Positions 7,421 through 17,550 are shown, counted from the first letter of the stretch. The stretch is 42,068 nucleotides of DNA from Candidatus Hydrothermia bacterium (GCA_032249175.1 JAVVGK010000001.1:1-42068), one strand, 5' to 3'. The notes: generated from the letters alone by a model not told the origin. Numbers and translations: made by a program.

Positions 7421-7455
7421 AAGCCCTAATTTAAGGGTGGGTTGGGAACAAAGCC
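7421..7455 (-). repeat. Remnant of the MITE-like repeat core (AAGGGTGGGTTGGGAA)
   Basis: AAGCCCTAATTTAAGGGTGGGTTGGGAACAAAGCC resembles the G-rich strand of the repeat core (compare 21961-22000). Confidence 0.4.
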
Positions 7456-7476
7456 TAAACTTTAAAATTTATTACT

Positions 7477-8175
7477 TTGAAAATTTTACATTTATACTAT
7501 GACCTAATGAATACTTATGGTGATAGGGGAAATGTAATCATTCTTTTTAAAATAGCAGAGCATTTAAAATTAAAACCAAAAATCATAAAATATAGAATTG
7601 GTGATAAAATAACTGAAAACGTTGATTTTATATTCATAGGAGGTGGTGAAGATTGGCAACAGGAAATTATTTATAATGATTTTAAAAATTTGAAAAACTA
7701 TATTTTTGAGCATGTTGAGGAAAATAAGCCTTTGCTTGCTATATGTGGAGGATATCAATTGTTGGGTAAATTTTATAAAACAAATGAAGGGAAAATTATT
7801 GAAGGTCTTGGAATATTTGACATTTGGACAATAGCAGGGAAAAAACGATTAGTAGGAAATTTAATTGTTGATAGTCCTTTTGGAAAAATTGTTGGTTTTG
7901 AGAATCATTCAGGTAGAACTTATATAAATGGCTCTCCACTTGGTAATGTCATAATGGGTAGTGGTAATAATGGAGAAGATAAAACGGAAGGTTATATTTA
8001 TAAAAAAGCTATTGGAACTTATATGCACGGACCTTTCCTGTCAAAAAATCCAGAAATTGTAAAATTCATATTTAGCTCAATTTTAAATGATGAAATAAAA
8101 TTTAATTTTGATTTAGAGCAAAAAGCTAAAATGAAAGCTTTAAGTTTTAAAAGATTAAATGAAGGAAGAATTTAA
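7477..8175 (+). CDS. CobB/CobQ-like glutamine amidotransferase (GatD-like)
   Basis: MKILHLYYDLMNTYGDRGN, LAICGGYQLLG (nucleophile Cys), GFENHSGRT and YMHGP motifs. TTG start. Confidence 0.7.
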   Translation: MKILHLYYDLMNTYGDRGNVIILFKIAEHLKLKPKIIKYRIGDKITENVDFIFIGGGEDWQQEIIYNDFKNLKNYIFEHVEENKPLLAICGGYQLLGKFYKTNEGKIIEGLGIFDIWTIAGKKRLVGNLIVDSPFGKIVGFENHSGRTYINGSPLGNVIMGSGNNGEDKTEGYIYKKAIGTYMHGPFLSKNPEIVKFIFSSILNDEIKFNFDLEQKAKMKALSFKRLNEGRI

Positions 8176-9137
8176 CTTTTTATAGGTGTCTTTTCAATAA
8201 TTTCTTTTAAAATTATTTCAGAAGTTATATTATCAGCTTCTGCTAAAAAGTTTAAAATAATTCTATGTCTTAAAACATCAAAGAAAATGTACTTTACATC
8301 CTCTGTTGTAGCAAAATCTTTTCCTTCAATAAATGCTTTTGCTTTTGCGCCAATAATCAAAAATTGGCTTGCTCTTGGTCCTGCTCCGAATTGAACATAT
8401 TTTTTAACAATTTCTAAATCAGTTTCAGAAGGTCTTGTTTTTCTTACAAGATTTATAGCATATTTAACAACATGATCACCTACGGGAATTTCTCTAACTT
8501 TCATTTGAATTGTTAAGATATCATCTTTATTTAAAACTTTTTGAACTTCATAATTTTGCTCAATAGTTGTTCTTTTAACTATTTCTATTTCATTTTCAAA
8601 TGTTGGATAATTTAAAATAATTTCCATCATAAATCTATCTATCTGTGCTTCTGCAAGTGGATAAGTTCCTTCTTGCTCTATTGGATTTTGTGTTGCTAAA
8701 ACAAAAAATGGCTCTTCAAGCTCATAAGTTTTACCAAGAACTGTAACTCTTCTTTCTTGCATAGCTTCAAGTAATGCTGATTGGGTTTTAGGTGGTGTTC
8801 TATTTATTTCATCTGCTAAAATAACATTAGCAAATATAGGTCCTTTTACAAATTGAAAAAATCTACCATTAGGACCTTCTTGAATAATTTCAGTTCCAAG
8901 AATATCCATAGGCATTAAATCAGGTGTAAATTGAATTCTACTAAATTTTAAATCAAGTGCTTGTGATAATGTTTTAACCATAAGTGTTTTAGCAAGTCCT
9001 GGAACACCAACAAGTAAAACATGACCTTTTGAAAACATACAAATTAAAATTTTATTTATTACATCTTCATAATTTACTATAATTTTTGAAATTTCTGATT
9101 TTAGCTTATTTATTTTTTCAATCATAATTAAATTCAA
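8172..9137 (-). CDS. MoxR-family AAA+ ATPase
   Basis: GVPGLAKT Walker A, LADEINR Walker B, ATQNPIEQEGTYPLAEAQIDRF. Confidence 0.9.
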   Translation of the reverse strand: MNLIMIEKINKLKSEISKIIVNYEDVINKILICMFSKGHVLLVGVPGLAKTLMVKTLSQALDLKFSRIQFTPDLMPMDILGTEIIQEGPNGRFFQFVKGPIFANVILADEINRTPPKTQSALLEAMQERRVTVLGKTYELEEPFFVLATQNPIEQEGTYPLAEAQIDRFMMEIILNYPTFENEIEIVKRTTIEQNYEVQKVLNKDDILTIQMKVREIPVGDHVVKYAINLVRKTRPSETDLEIVKKYVQFGAGPRASQFLIIGAKAKAFIEGKDFATTEDVKYIFFDVLRHRIILNFLAEADNITSEIILKEIIEKTPIKS

Positions 9138-10287
9138 AGTGCTTTAAAAATTTTGTTAAATAAGATAAAAATTTCTTTCCTTCAAAAATTTCATAAGGCA
9201 TAAAAACACCATAATTTTCATATTTCAAAATATCAATTTCCTTAATTATTCCAAGTGCTGAAATAACACAACCATAACCTGTCATTTTTTGCATAGCAGT
9301 CCATTTTTCATCATATAAAACAATTCCATTAAATTCCTTAGTTCTATTTCCTGAAATTCCAATAACTTTCATTAAAACCATATCTTCATTTGTTTTTGGA
9401 ATAATTTTTTCAAGCATTTCAATTGTTGTTCTTCTTAAACCTCTTGCTTCATCAAAAAATCCAAGATTATATAACATCTTAATAACATCATAATGACCTT
9501 TATATCTTATTGTTTTATATTCTAAATTTTTACAAGGGTAATCAAACGGCATAAGAGAGACACCATCAGATGTTATAAGAGCTTCTAAATCACAAATGTA
9601 ATAATGACCATTTTTATAATCTAATTTTTGAAAATTCTTTAATTTTTCATAAATTTCCAAACTTTTAAATTTTATTTCTATTTCCTCAATTTCCGTTAAA
9701 ATTCCTTGATTAAAAACAATTTTATTATCCTTTCTTGAAACTGATAAATCCGTATATTCTTGAATAAGGCCTTCAATTGACCAAGTCGTGGCATATCTTA
9801 GGGGTCCTCCAAGGTTTGAGTTTATTGGCAAGCCACCAGTATATAAATAAACATTTTCAATTCCTTCTTCAATAAATAGATTTCCTATTATATTTATAAT
9901 TCCAGGTGCTAATCCTGTTTCAGGAACAATAAGAATTTTTTTTGCTTTCGCAAGGCTATCATAGGACCTTTGTTTTAATGTAGTCCAAGTACTTTGACCT
10001 AAATCCACATAGTTTGAGCCAACCTCAATTGCTAATTGTGTATAATACAAATTATTATAAAATGTTGTAGCATTAACAATAATGTCAGGTTTCAATTTGT
10101 TTAGGGCATCATAAATAATCTCACTTAATTTACTTAAAGAATTTACATTTTCAAATTTCTTTATAACTTCTTCTTCCTTGGTTTTATTAATATCATAAAC
10201 AAAAATCTCAAAATTTTTAAATTCATTCAACTGCTCTAAAATTGCCAAGCCCATCCTTCCTAACCCAAAAATTACAATTTTTTTCAT
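9118..10287 (-). CDS. Saccharopine dehydrogenase-family NAD(P)-binding oxidoreductase
   Basis: N-terminal Rossmann MKKIVIFGLGRMG. Overall length and layout fit the Sacchrp_dh N+C arrangement. Confidence 0.55.
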   Translation of the reverse strand: MKKIVIFGLGRMGLAILEQLNEFKNFEIFVYDINKTKEEEVIKKFENVNSLSKLSEIIYDALNKLKPDIIVNATTFYNNLYYTQLAIEVGSNYVDLGQSTWTTLKQRSYDSLAKAKKILIVPETGLAPGIINIIGNLFIEEGIENVYLYTGGLPINSNLGGPLRYATTWSIEGLIQEYTDLSVSRKDNKIVFNQGILTEIEEIEIKFKSLEIYEKLKNFQKLDYKNGHYYICDLEALITSDGVSLMPFDYPCKNLEYKTIRYKGHYDVIKMLYNLGFFDEARGLRRTTIEMLEKIIPKTNEDMVLMKVIGISGNRTKEFNGIVLYDEKWTAMQKMTGYGCVISALGIIKEIDILKYENYGVFMPYEIFEGKKFLSYLTKFLKHFEFNYD

Positions 10288-10327
10288 AAGTATGAAAAGT
10301 TTAAAGCAATTGATTTCTGAGTTTTGA

Positions 10328-11017
10328 TTATATAAGTTTTGAATTTATTTCATCAACAATTTTTACTATTTCCTCAATATCATCTATTTCCCAATCTGCT
10401 CCTGAATTTATTGTACCAAAAGTATTTCCATACTTTGCGAAAATTGTTTTTATTCCAACCTTTTTAGCACCAACAATATCCCTTTCAGCCCAATCACCAA
10501 CCATTATAACTTCATTAGGCTTTAAGTTTAATTTTTCAAGTGCTTTTAAGAATGGTTCTGGATCTGGTTTTCTTTTTCCTGTATCATCAAATGTTATGAC
10601 TACATCAAATATATGATGTAAATTCATCTGAACAAGTCTTGTCCAAACCTGCAGTGCAGGTGCATCAGAAACAACAGCTAATTTTATACCCTTTTTAACT
10701 AAATTAAGAAGTGTTCTTGTGACATTTGGGTATAAAACTAATGAGCCTTCTTTTGCTCTTCTATAAGCTACAATACCACTTGCTAAAATTTTATAATCAA
10801 TATATCCCATTACTTCAATTAGAAAATCATCAAATACTCTTTGATATTCCCAACCCTTCTCCTCATATATTTGAAAAATTTTTTTATAAGCAGTTTCAGG
10901 GTCTATTTTTAATCCCGCATCTATCATTGATTCAATAGCACTCCTAATTGAATTCTCTTTAAATCTTGTAAAATCAACAAGGGTATTATCCAAATCAAAA
11001 ATAATACCTTTAATCAT
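10328..11017 (-). CDS. HAD-superfamily hydrolase (subfamily IA)
   Basis: FDLDNTLVD (motif I), VVSDAP (motif II), KRKPDPEPF, MVGDWAERDIVGA (motif IV). Confidence 0.85.
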   Translation of the reverse strand: MIKGIIFDLDNTLVDFTRFKENSIRSAIESMIDAGLKIDPETAYKKIFQIYEEKGWEYQRVFDDFLIEVMGYIDYKILASGIVAYRRAKEGSLVLYPNVTRTLLNLVKKGIKLAVVSDAPALQVWTRLVQMNLHHIFDVVITFDDTGKRKPDPEPFLKALEKLNLKPNEVIMVGDWAERDIVGAKKVGIKTIFAKYGNTFGTINSGADWEIDDIEEIVKIVDEINSKLI

Positions 11018-11057
11018 ATTGATAAGTTTAAAGTTAGTATAATAAGGCAGTTTTTTT

Positions 11058-11528
11058 ATGCTTTATAATTTTGGAATGTTATTTCTTTTAAATTTGGTTG
11101 AGGTTGAGGTCCATGGGCTATTGAACATAGGAGATGGCTATCTTATCGTTCTTTCTGACAAATCACAAATGAAATTCTTAACGATGACGATAGGCAAAAA
11201 TGAAGGTGAAGCAATTATTATTGCTAAGGAGAATATAGAAACACCAAGACCTTTAACTCATGAGCTAACAACTAATATAATAAAAAATCTTGATGGAAAT
11301 ATAGAATATATTGAAATTTATGATTTAAAAGAAGGTGTATATTATGCTAAAATTCATCTGACAAAGAAGTTTTTGTTTTTTAAAGATAAGAGAGTAATTG
11401 ATTCAAGACCTAGTGATGCTATTGCTCTTGCTTTAAGATTTAAATCAAAGATATATGTTAATGAAAAACTGCTTGAAAATATGGAAATTCCAAAGCCTAA
11501 AAAGAAGAAAAAATTTTTTGATATATAA
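11058..11528 (+). CDS. Bifunctional nuclease (BFN/DUF151) domain protein; exact start uncertain
   Basis: IGKNEGEAI, RPLTHEL and DSRPSDAIALALR motifs. Confidence 0.7.
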   Translation: MLYNFGMLFLLNLVEVEVHGLLNIGDGYLIVLSDKSQMKFLTMTIGKNEGEAIIIAKENIETPRPLTHELTTNIIKNLDGNIEYIEIYDLKEGVYYAKIHLTKKFLFFKDKRVIDSRPSDAIALALRFKSKIYVNEKLLENMEIPKPKKKKKFFDI

Positions 11529-11532
11529 GGCT

Positions 11533-12045
11533 TTATTCAATTTGTCTTAAAGATGCTAATATATTATCTTTATTTACTCTTAAAATATAAACTTGATATT
11601 CCTTACCAATATGAGAAAATAAACTTTCAGAAATTTTCTTAGGAATATGTGAGGGCGGTATAAATCCTTTTTGACCAAGAACAGAGATTTCAAATCCTCC
11701 ATTTATAACATTTAAAATTTTTGCTTTTATGGGAATATTATTCTTTTTAGATTTTTTAAGAATTTTAAAAATTTTCTTTTCGTTTATTTTTGAATTTGCA
11801 GGTTTAAGCTCAATTTTTTTTGTAAGATAGTTAGCACTTATAATAATTGCTTCAATTTCTTGATTAATTTCAAGTTTTTTCTTCGTTTTTAAGTAGCCAA
11901 CCAAATCTAAATTTTTTAATTTTACAACATAACCTTCTTTAACTTTCTTTTCCACTATTACACTAATAGGTTTTTGATTGTCATATAAATCAAAAATAAT
12001 TTCCCACTTTTTTGCTCTTTCAATTACTTGTTCAGGACTTAACAT
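11533..12045 (-). CDS. S1-like RNA-binding domain protein
   Basis: KAKILNVINGGFEISVLGQKGFIPPSHI is typical of the S1 fold. A second degenerate S1-like segment lies N-terminal. Confidence 0.55.
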   Translation of the reverse strand: MLSPEQVIERAKKWEIIFDLYDNQKPISVIVEKKVKEGYVVKLKNLDLVGYLKTKKKLEINQEIEAIIISANYLTKKIELKPANSKINEKKIFKILKKSKKNNIPIKAKILNVINGGFEISVLGQKGFIPPSHIPKKISESLFSHIGKEYQVYILRVNKDNILASLRQIE

Positions 12046-12069
12046 TTGAAAATTTTAAAGGATAAAAGA

Positions 12070-12777
12070 CTAACCAAATCCTTCAATTATTGTTTTACTA
12101 AAAACAAATAAATAATAAGATAATCTTTTTATTGGGTCTTCAATAGGCATTTTTTTATTTAAATCTCTGTAAATTAAATCAATTGGAATTTCTATCATTT
12201 TTGGTTTAAGAAATATAAATTTAGCCCATATTTCACAAGGAATAGCATAATCAGTAGTTTTTAAATTTAATTTTTCAACTAAGTGTTTTCTATATCCTCT
12301 AAATCCACAAAAACTATCAGTTATATTAAAATTTGTAATTTCATTTATAAGTTTTGTGAAAACCATATTAACAAACTTTCTATCTTTTGGAAAATCTGTT
12401 AAAATTCTTGATTTTGGATGATAACGAGAGCAATTTACAAAATCGTATTCTTCAAGAAGCTTTCTAATTTCATAAATATATCTTGGCTCATGCTGACCAT
12501 CAGCATCCATAGTGATTATGAAATTGTAATTATTTTTTATAGCATACTCAAAACCTACAATTAAAGAGCCTCCATATCCTAAGTTTTTCTGATTCCTTAT
12601 AATTTCTTTAAAAATTTTACTCTTTTTAGCAATTTCATAAGTTCTATCTTCTGAATTATCATCAATTAGTAAAAAATCAAAATCATTACAACAAATTTTA
12701 ATATCCTCAATTAAATAATAAAAATTTTTTTCCTCATTATAAGCTGGAATAATTACAATTGTTTTATCCATTTTCAA
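12070..12777 (-). CDS. Family 2 glycosyltransferase (polyprenyl-phosphate sugar transferase-like)
   Basis: VIIPAYNEE, LIDDNSEDRT, MDADGQHEP. Confidence 0.85.
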   Translation of the reverse strand: MKMDKTIVIIPAYNEEKNFYYLIEDIKICCNDFDFLLIDDNSEDRTYEIAKKSKIFKEIIRNQKNLGYGGSLIVGFEYAIKNNYNFIITMDADGQHEPRYIYEIRKLLEEYDFVNCSRYHPKSRILTDFPKDRKFVNMVFTKLINEITNFNITDSFCGFRGYRKHLVEKLNLKTTDYAIPCEIWAKFIFLKPKMIEIPIDLIYRDLNKKMPIEDPIKRLSYYLFVFSKTIIEGFG

Positions 12778-14707
12778 ATTGAAGTGTATAAAGATGATAA
12801 TAAAAGCCTCTCTTATTCATAAGCTCATCATGTTTGCCCTCTTCAATTTTTTCACCATAATATAAAACAACGATTTTATCTGCTGATTTAATTGTTGAAA
12901 GTCTATGAGCAATTATAATAGCGGTTCTATTTTCTAATAATTTTTCAAGAGATTTTTGAATAATATATTCTGTTTCTTGATCTACATTACTCGTTGCTTC
13001 ATCAAGTAATAGAATTTTTGGATTGTTAGCTAATGCTCTTACAAAGGAAATAATTTGCCTTTGACCTGATGAAAAACCTGCTCCTCTCTCATTTACAAAC
13101 TTATTTAAATCAATTAAATTTTCAACATTTAGATATTTAAAATAATTTTCAACTTTACCATTTTTTCTATATAAAAAAACATTATCTTCAATGTTTCCTG
13201 AAAATAAAAACACATCTTGAAGAACAAGAGAAAATTGACTTCTTAAAAACTTCAAATCCAAATCCTTTATATTTACTCCATCAAGCAAAATTTCACCTCT
13301 TTGAACATCCCAAAATCTTAATAATAAATTCATAATTGTAGTCTTACCACTGCCTGTTGGACCAACAATAGCAACCTTCTCACCAGGTTTAACCTCTAAA
13401 TTAAAGTTCTTTAAAACCCAATTTTCATTTTCATAAGCAAAATAAACATTCCTAAATTCAATATGTCCCTTAACTTCTTTTAAGATAATACCTTTACCTT
13501 TATCTTCCTCTTTTTCAGATAAAAGTAAAAATATCCTTTTTGAAGCAATAAAAGCTGATTGCATAGTATTGTACTTTTCTGCTAAATCTCTAATTGGATT
13601 GAATAACATTTCAATATAATTTATAAATGCTACTAATCCTCCGAATGTAAATCCTTGCCTTAATATATCAATGCCACCATAATATATTAAAAGTGCGATA
13701 GCAATAGATGAGCCAAGACTAACTAAGGGCATAAAAATACCAAAGACATAAATTAAATTTAAAAATGCTTTAAACAAATCATCATTTATTTTAAAGAATT
13801 TACTTTTCATATAGTTTTGCGCATTAAATGCTTGAATTATTGATATACCTACAATACTTTCATTTAAAAATGCATTTAATTCTCCAAGAATCCTTCTGAC
13901 ATTATCATAAGCCTTTCTTGCAAAATATCTAAATAAGGCACTTGCGACTAATAGAAATGGGATAATTGAAAGAATAATTAAAGTAATTTTTACATTCATT
14001 AAAAGCATAATTGAAATTATTCCAATTATAATTACAAAATCTTTTATTAAACTTACCAAAACAGAAGTATAAAATTCATTTATTGCATCAACATCATTTG
14101 CCACTCTTGTGACAAGTCTTCCTACTTTTTGCTTTTGAAGGAATGAAATAGGAAGTTTTAATAAATGCTCAAATAATTTAGTTCTAATTTCGTATATACT
14201 TTTTTGTCCAAGTAATGTTAAAATGATAATTTGAAAATAATTCAAAATGAAATCAATTATTAAAAGAATTAAATATAATCCCGAAAAAAGTAAAATGCCT
14301 TTTATATCATCCTTCCTTAAAACTATTGGATTTTTTAGATTTTTATAATCTTCAGCGGAAATTATAAATTTGTCTTTAAATTTTATAGAATTTTCAATTG
14401 AATCTGAAATTATGAAATACCTTTCACTTGATAAATATCCAAGCTTTTCAAGTTCCACTCTTAAATGATTGGGTAGCTCATAAATAAGAACATAATTATC
14501 ATAAAAAGCATTCGGATATTTGTTCTTCCATTCTGGGATTTTGTTTAGTTTAATTACTTGTGGTGTAATATGTCTATCTATGGTTAATTTAACAATATAA
14601 GGCATTGAAAGTTCAATAATAGCAGATAATAATACTACAATAATTGATATAATAAGAAATTTCTTATAAGGTAAAACAAATGATAGTAGTTTTCTAAATT
14701 CTCCCAA
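12764..14707 (-). CDS. ABC exporter, fused permease-ATPase, with an enlarged first extracytoplasmic loop
   Basis: GPTGSGKTT, FSSGQRQ, LLLDEATS, AHRLST. About 100 aa lie between TM1 and TM2. Confidence 0.9.
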   Translation of the reverse strand: MGEFRKLLSFVLPYKKFLIISIIVVLLSAIIELSMPYIVKLTIDRHITPQVIKLNKIPEWKNKYPNAFYDNYVLIYELPNHLRVELEKLGYLSSERYFIISDSIENSIKFKDKFIISAEDYKNLKNPIVLRKDDIKGILLFSGLYLILLIIDFILNYFQIIILTLLGQKSIYEIRTKLFEHLLKLPISFLQKQKVGRLVTRVANDVDAINEFYTSVLVSLIKDFVIIIGIISIMLLMNVKITLIILSIIPFLLVASALFRYFARKAYDNVRRILGELNAFLNESIVGISIIQAFNAQNYMKSKFFKINDDLFKAFLNLIYVFGIFMPLVSLGSSIAIALLIYYGGIDILRQGFTFGGLVAFINYIEMLFNPIRDLAEKYNTMQSAFIASKRIFLLLSEKEEDKGKGIILKEVKGHIEFRNVYFAYENENWVLKNFNLEVKPGEKVAIVGPTGSGKTTIMNLLLRFWDVQRGEILLDGVNIKDLDLKFLRSQFSLVLQDVFLFSGNIEDNVFLYRKNGKVENYFKYLNVENLIDLNKFVNERGAGFSSGQRQIISFVRALANNPKILLLDEATSNVDQETEYIIQKSLEKLLENRTAIIIAHRLSTIKSADKIVVLYYGEKIEEGKHDELMNKRGFYYHLYTLQFENG

Positions 14708-14708
14708 C

Positions 14709-15821
14709 TTATTCCTCTATTAACTCAACATTTGCTCTTGGAATAGATAAAATTTTACCATTAACCTGAACTTTTAAAATTCTTGTCTTTGATTCAGTTT
14801 CTATACTTACAGGCTCAATAGGAAGCTCAACAACTCTCCCTATAAGACCAAAATAAGGCGCTCTTATAATTCTGACAAGTTTTCCAATTTTTAACATTCC
14901 ATCATCTTGATAATCACTTTCTTTTCCTTCCTTTAATGGAACAATAATTTCAGGTCTTATAACACCTGCTCTAATTTGTGTTGCACCATTTATGGAAGCT
15001 TTAAAGCTATCTAAGGATTTTAATAAATCAAATGTTCTTCTTGCCATTGGTACTTTACCAAAACCTTCGGTTATAATTATCGTTGTAGGAATGTTTTCAT
15101 TTCCTGTAATAGCAACACCAATATCATATCCAAGAATTTCCTTTATTACATAATCATCAATACCTCCTACTACAATACCATAAGCACCTCTTTCCATAGC
15201 TGTTCTTATCGTTTTAACATCAACATATGAGCCACCTATAATAATATTTCCTTCTTCATTCTCTAATAAATGCTCAACTTTTAATTCCTCATCAGGACTA
15301 CTTACTGCTACTCTTATTTTTCCTATCTTTTCTCCTCCAATTCCAAATATACCTTGAATATATGCTCCATAAGTTTCAATTTCAACACCTTCATTCTCAA
15401 ATACCCTAACAACTTTACCATCAAAATAAGCATTTATTTGAACAGGAATAGGTGGTTCTCTTAAAATTACTTGTCCTGTTATTTCAGATATATTCTCAAT
15501 ATAACCATCTATTGGTGAAATAACTGGATTTTTAAGAAGTCCAAATAAAATTTTGCTAATTGCTATACTTTCTCCCTTTTTTATCGCCTCACCTTCGGAT
15601 TTTGTTAGATATTTCTTTATTTCATTTGGACTTATTCCAAGAACTCCAGCAACATTTAAAATTACAACATTTCCAGGAATTTCTGTTTTTGCTACTATAT
15701 CTTCCGCCTTTACAAATTGACCTTCCTTTACAAGAACAGAGCCTTTAATAGGTAATTTTCTTTCCTTTTTAATTAATGTCCATCTTGAAACCTTTAAGCC
15801 AGGTGTATAGGCATATGCCAT
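14709..15821 (-). CDS. Conserved hypothetical protein (370 aa)
   Basis: Long ORF with non-low-complexity sequence. N-terminal lipoyl/barrel-sandwich-like segment. Family not recognised. Confidence 0.6.
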   Translation of the reverse strand: MAYAYTPGLKVSRWTLIKKERKLPIKGSVLVKEGQFVKAEDIVAKTEIPGNVVILNVAGVLGISPNEIKKYLTKSEGEAIKKGESIAISKILFGLLKNPVISPIDGYIENISEITGQVILREPPIPVQINAYFDGKVVRVFENEGVEIETYGAYIQGIFGIGGEKIGKIRVAVSSPDEELKVEHLLENEEGNIIIGGSYVDVKTIRTAMERGAYGIVVGGIDDYVIKEILGYDIGVAITGNENIPTTIIITEGFGKVPMARRTFDLLKSLDSFKASINGATQIRAGVIRPEIIVPLKEGKESDYQDDGMLKIGKLVRIIRAPYFGLIGRVVELPIEPVSIETESKTRILKVQVNGKILSIPRANVELIEE

Positions 15822-15856
15822 AACAAAAAGTTTAAAATTTTAAAGGTTGTTTATAT

Positions 15857-15929
15857 GCTTTGTCCAATAATTCTAAAATTACGATTATTTCTTATTTTTC
15901 CCGCACACCCTGAAAATAAGGCTTTGCCT
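15857..15929 (+). repeat. MITE-like repeat, copy 3 (half element: one end plus both hairpins)
   Basis: GCTTTGTCCAATAATTCTAAAATTACGATTATTTCTTATTTTTCCCGCACACCCTGAAAATAAGGCTTTGCC. Confidence 0.8.
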
Positions 15930-15939
15930 ACCATAGCTT

Positions 15940-16251
15940 TCAAACAGCTTCCAAGATAAACCAGTTAAAAAAATAATCATATAAATTAATTTTCAGTTTA
16001 TCATTAAATTCCTCTTTTAGTATTGGCTCAACTATAATTTCAATTTCCAGAAGTTTTTGCTCCAAAATTATATTATCAAGTGCATCATAGTCCTTATAAC
16101 ATTCATATTCACTTATCAAAAATCCATTACTATCAAGGTAAATATAGCCTATGAATTTTTTATTCTTATATAAGTTGAATAGCGCAGGTTTTCTTGATAG
16201 AGCAAAAATTTGTAAAGTTTCCTCTAAGTTTATATTAACGAGCTTTATCAT
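15940..16251 (-). CDS. Hypothetical protein (103 aa; DUF4388-like impression)
   Basis: ORF track. TATAAT lies 7 nt upstream of ATG. Confidence 0.5.
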   Translation of the reverse strand: MIKLVNINLEETLQIFALSRKPALFNLYKNKKFIGYIYLDSNGFLISEYECYKDYDALDNIILEQKLLEIEIIVEPILKEEFNDKLKINLYDYFFNWFILEAV

Positions 16252-16330
16252 ACTTCAAATTATAATTTTTATTCTTAACAAGTTCTAAACAAATTGGACT
16301 TTTAAAACTTTTGCTTTAAAATTTTGAGCT

Positions 16331-17104
16331 ATGAATTATCAGAATATCCTTTTATCTTTTGAAAACGAAATAGCTATAATTAAACTAAATAGACCTAAGT
16401 TTTTAAATGCCTTAAATAGAGAGCTGATGAGAGAACTTGCTGATTGTATAGAAAAGCTTGAAAATGACAAAAATGTAAAAGTTATTATTATTACTGGTAA
16501 TGAAAGGGCTTTTGCAGCAGGAGCTGATTTAAATGAGTTTTATAATAAAACACCTAATGAAATGTTTGAAAATTATAGATTTTTAGAATGGGAAAGGGTT
16601 TATAAGTGTTTTAAACCTTTAATAGCAAGTGTAAGTGGTTATGCTCTTGGAGGTGGTTTTGAGCTTGCTATGATTTGTGATATGATTGTAGCTTCCGATA
16701 GTGCTATTTTTGGACAACCTGAAATAAATGTAGGGCTTATGCCAGGTGCTGGTGGAACTCAACGATTAACGAAAATTATTCAAAAGCAAAAAGCTATGGA
16801 ATATATTTTAAGTGGAAAGTATATAGATGTATGGACAGCTTATAAATTAGGAATTGTAAATAAAATTGTTCCAACGGAAATTTATCTTGAAATGACAATA
16901 AAATTCGCAAAAGCATTTTTAGATAAACCTCCAATATCTTTAAATATAGCAAAAGATAGTATAAAAATGAGTTATGAAATGAATCTTCAAGAAGGTCTTG
17001 AATATGAAAGAAGAATGTTTTATTATTTATTCTCTACAAAGGATTCAATGGAAGGTATTAGTGCTTTTCTTGAAAAAAGAAAACCTAACTTTAAAGGTGA
17101 ATGA
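16331..17104 (+). CDS. Enoyl-CoA hydratase/isomerase (crotonase) family protein
   Basis: FAAGADLNEF, GYALGGGFELAMICD and GLMPGAGGTQRL motifs. Confidence 0.9.
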   Translation: MNYQNILLSFENEIAIIKLNRPKFLNALNRELMRELADCIEKLENDKNVKVIIITGNERAFAAGADLNEFYNKTPNEMFENYRFLEWERVYKCFKPLIASVSGYALGGGFELAMICDMIVASDSAIFGQPEINVGLMPGAGGTQRLTKIIQKQKAMEYILSGKYIDVWTAYKLGIVNKIVPTEIYLEMTIKFAKAFLDKPPISLNIAKDSIKMSYEMNLQEGLEYERRMFYYLFSTKDSMEGISAFLEKRKPNFKGE

Positions 17105-17550
17105 AATTATTTATAGAAATTGAAGGTGAATTTATAGAAATTGAAAAAGTGAAAAATTTTGAAATTATTGAAATGGGAAAAAATTTTTATTTAGTTTTTA
17201 TAGAAAACAAACCTTATTTTTTTAGTTTAAAAGAATTAGAGAATGGGAAAATTTTTGATGATGGTAAAAATAAGTTTTTTGTTAGGATATTACATTCTTC
17301 ATTTGAAAAAAGAAAAACTATTCATAAAACTTATGAAATTTTATCACCTATACCAGGATTAATAGTTGATGTTTTAATATCTGAAAATCAATTTGTTAAA
17401 AAGGGTGAAACATTATTTATAATTGAAGCGATGAAAATGAGAAATCAAATTAAATCCCCAATTGATGGCATTGTTAAATCTATAAAAGTTCAAAAAGGAA
17501 AAAGTGTTAATATGAAGGAATTATTAGCAGTTATTGAAAGTCAAACATAA
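17101..17550 (+). CDS. Biotin carboxyl carrier (biotinyl domain) protein
   Basis: IIEAMKMRNQIKSPIDG biotinylation motif. ATGA overlap with the crotonase gene. Confidence 0.8.
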   Translation: MKLFIEIEGEFIEIEKVKNFEIIEMGKNFYLVFIENKPYFFSLKELENGKIFDDGKNKFFVRILHSSFEKRKTIHKTYEILSPIPGLIVDVLISENQFVKKGETLFIIEAMKMRNQIKSPIDGIVKSIKVQKGKSVNMKELLAVIESQT

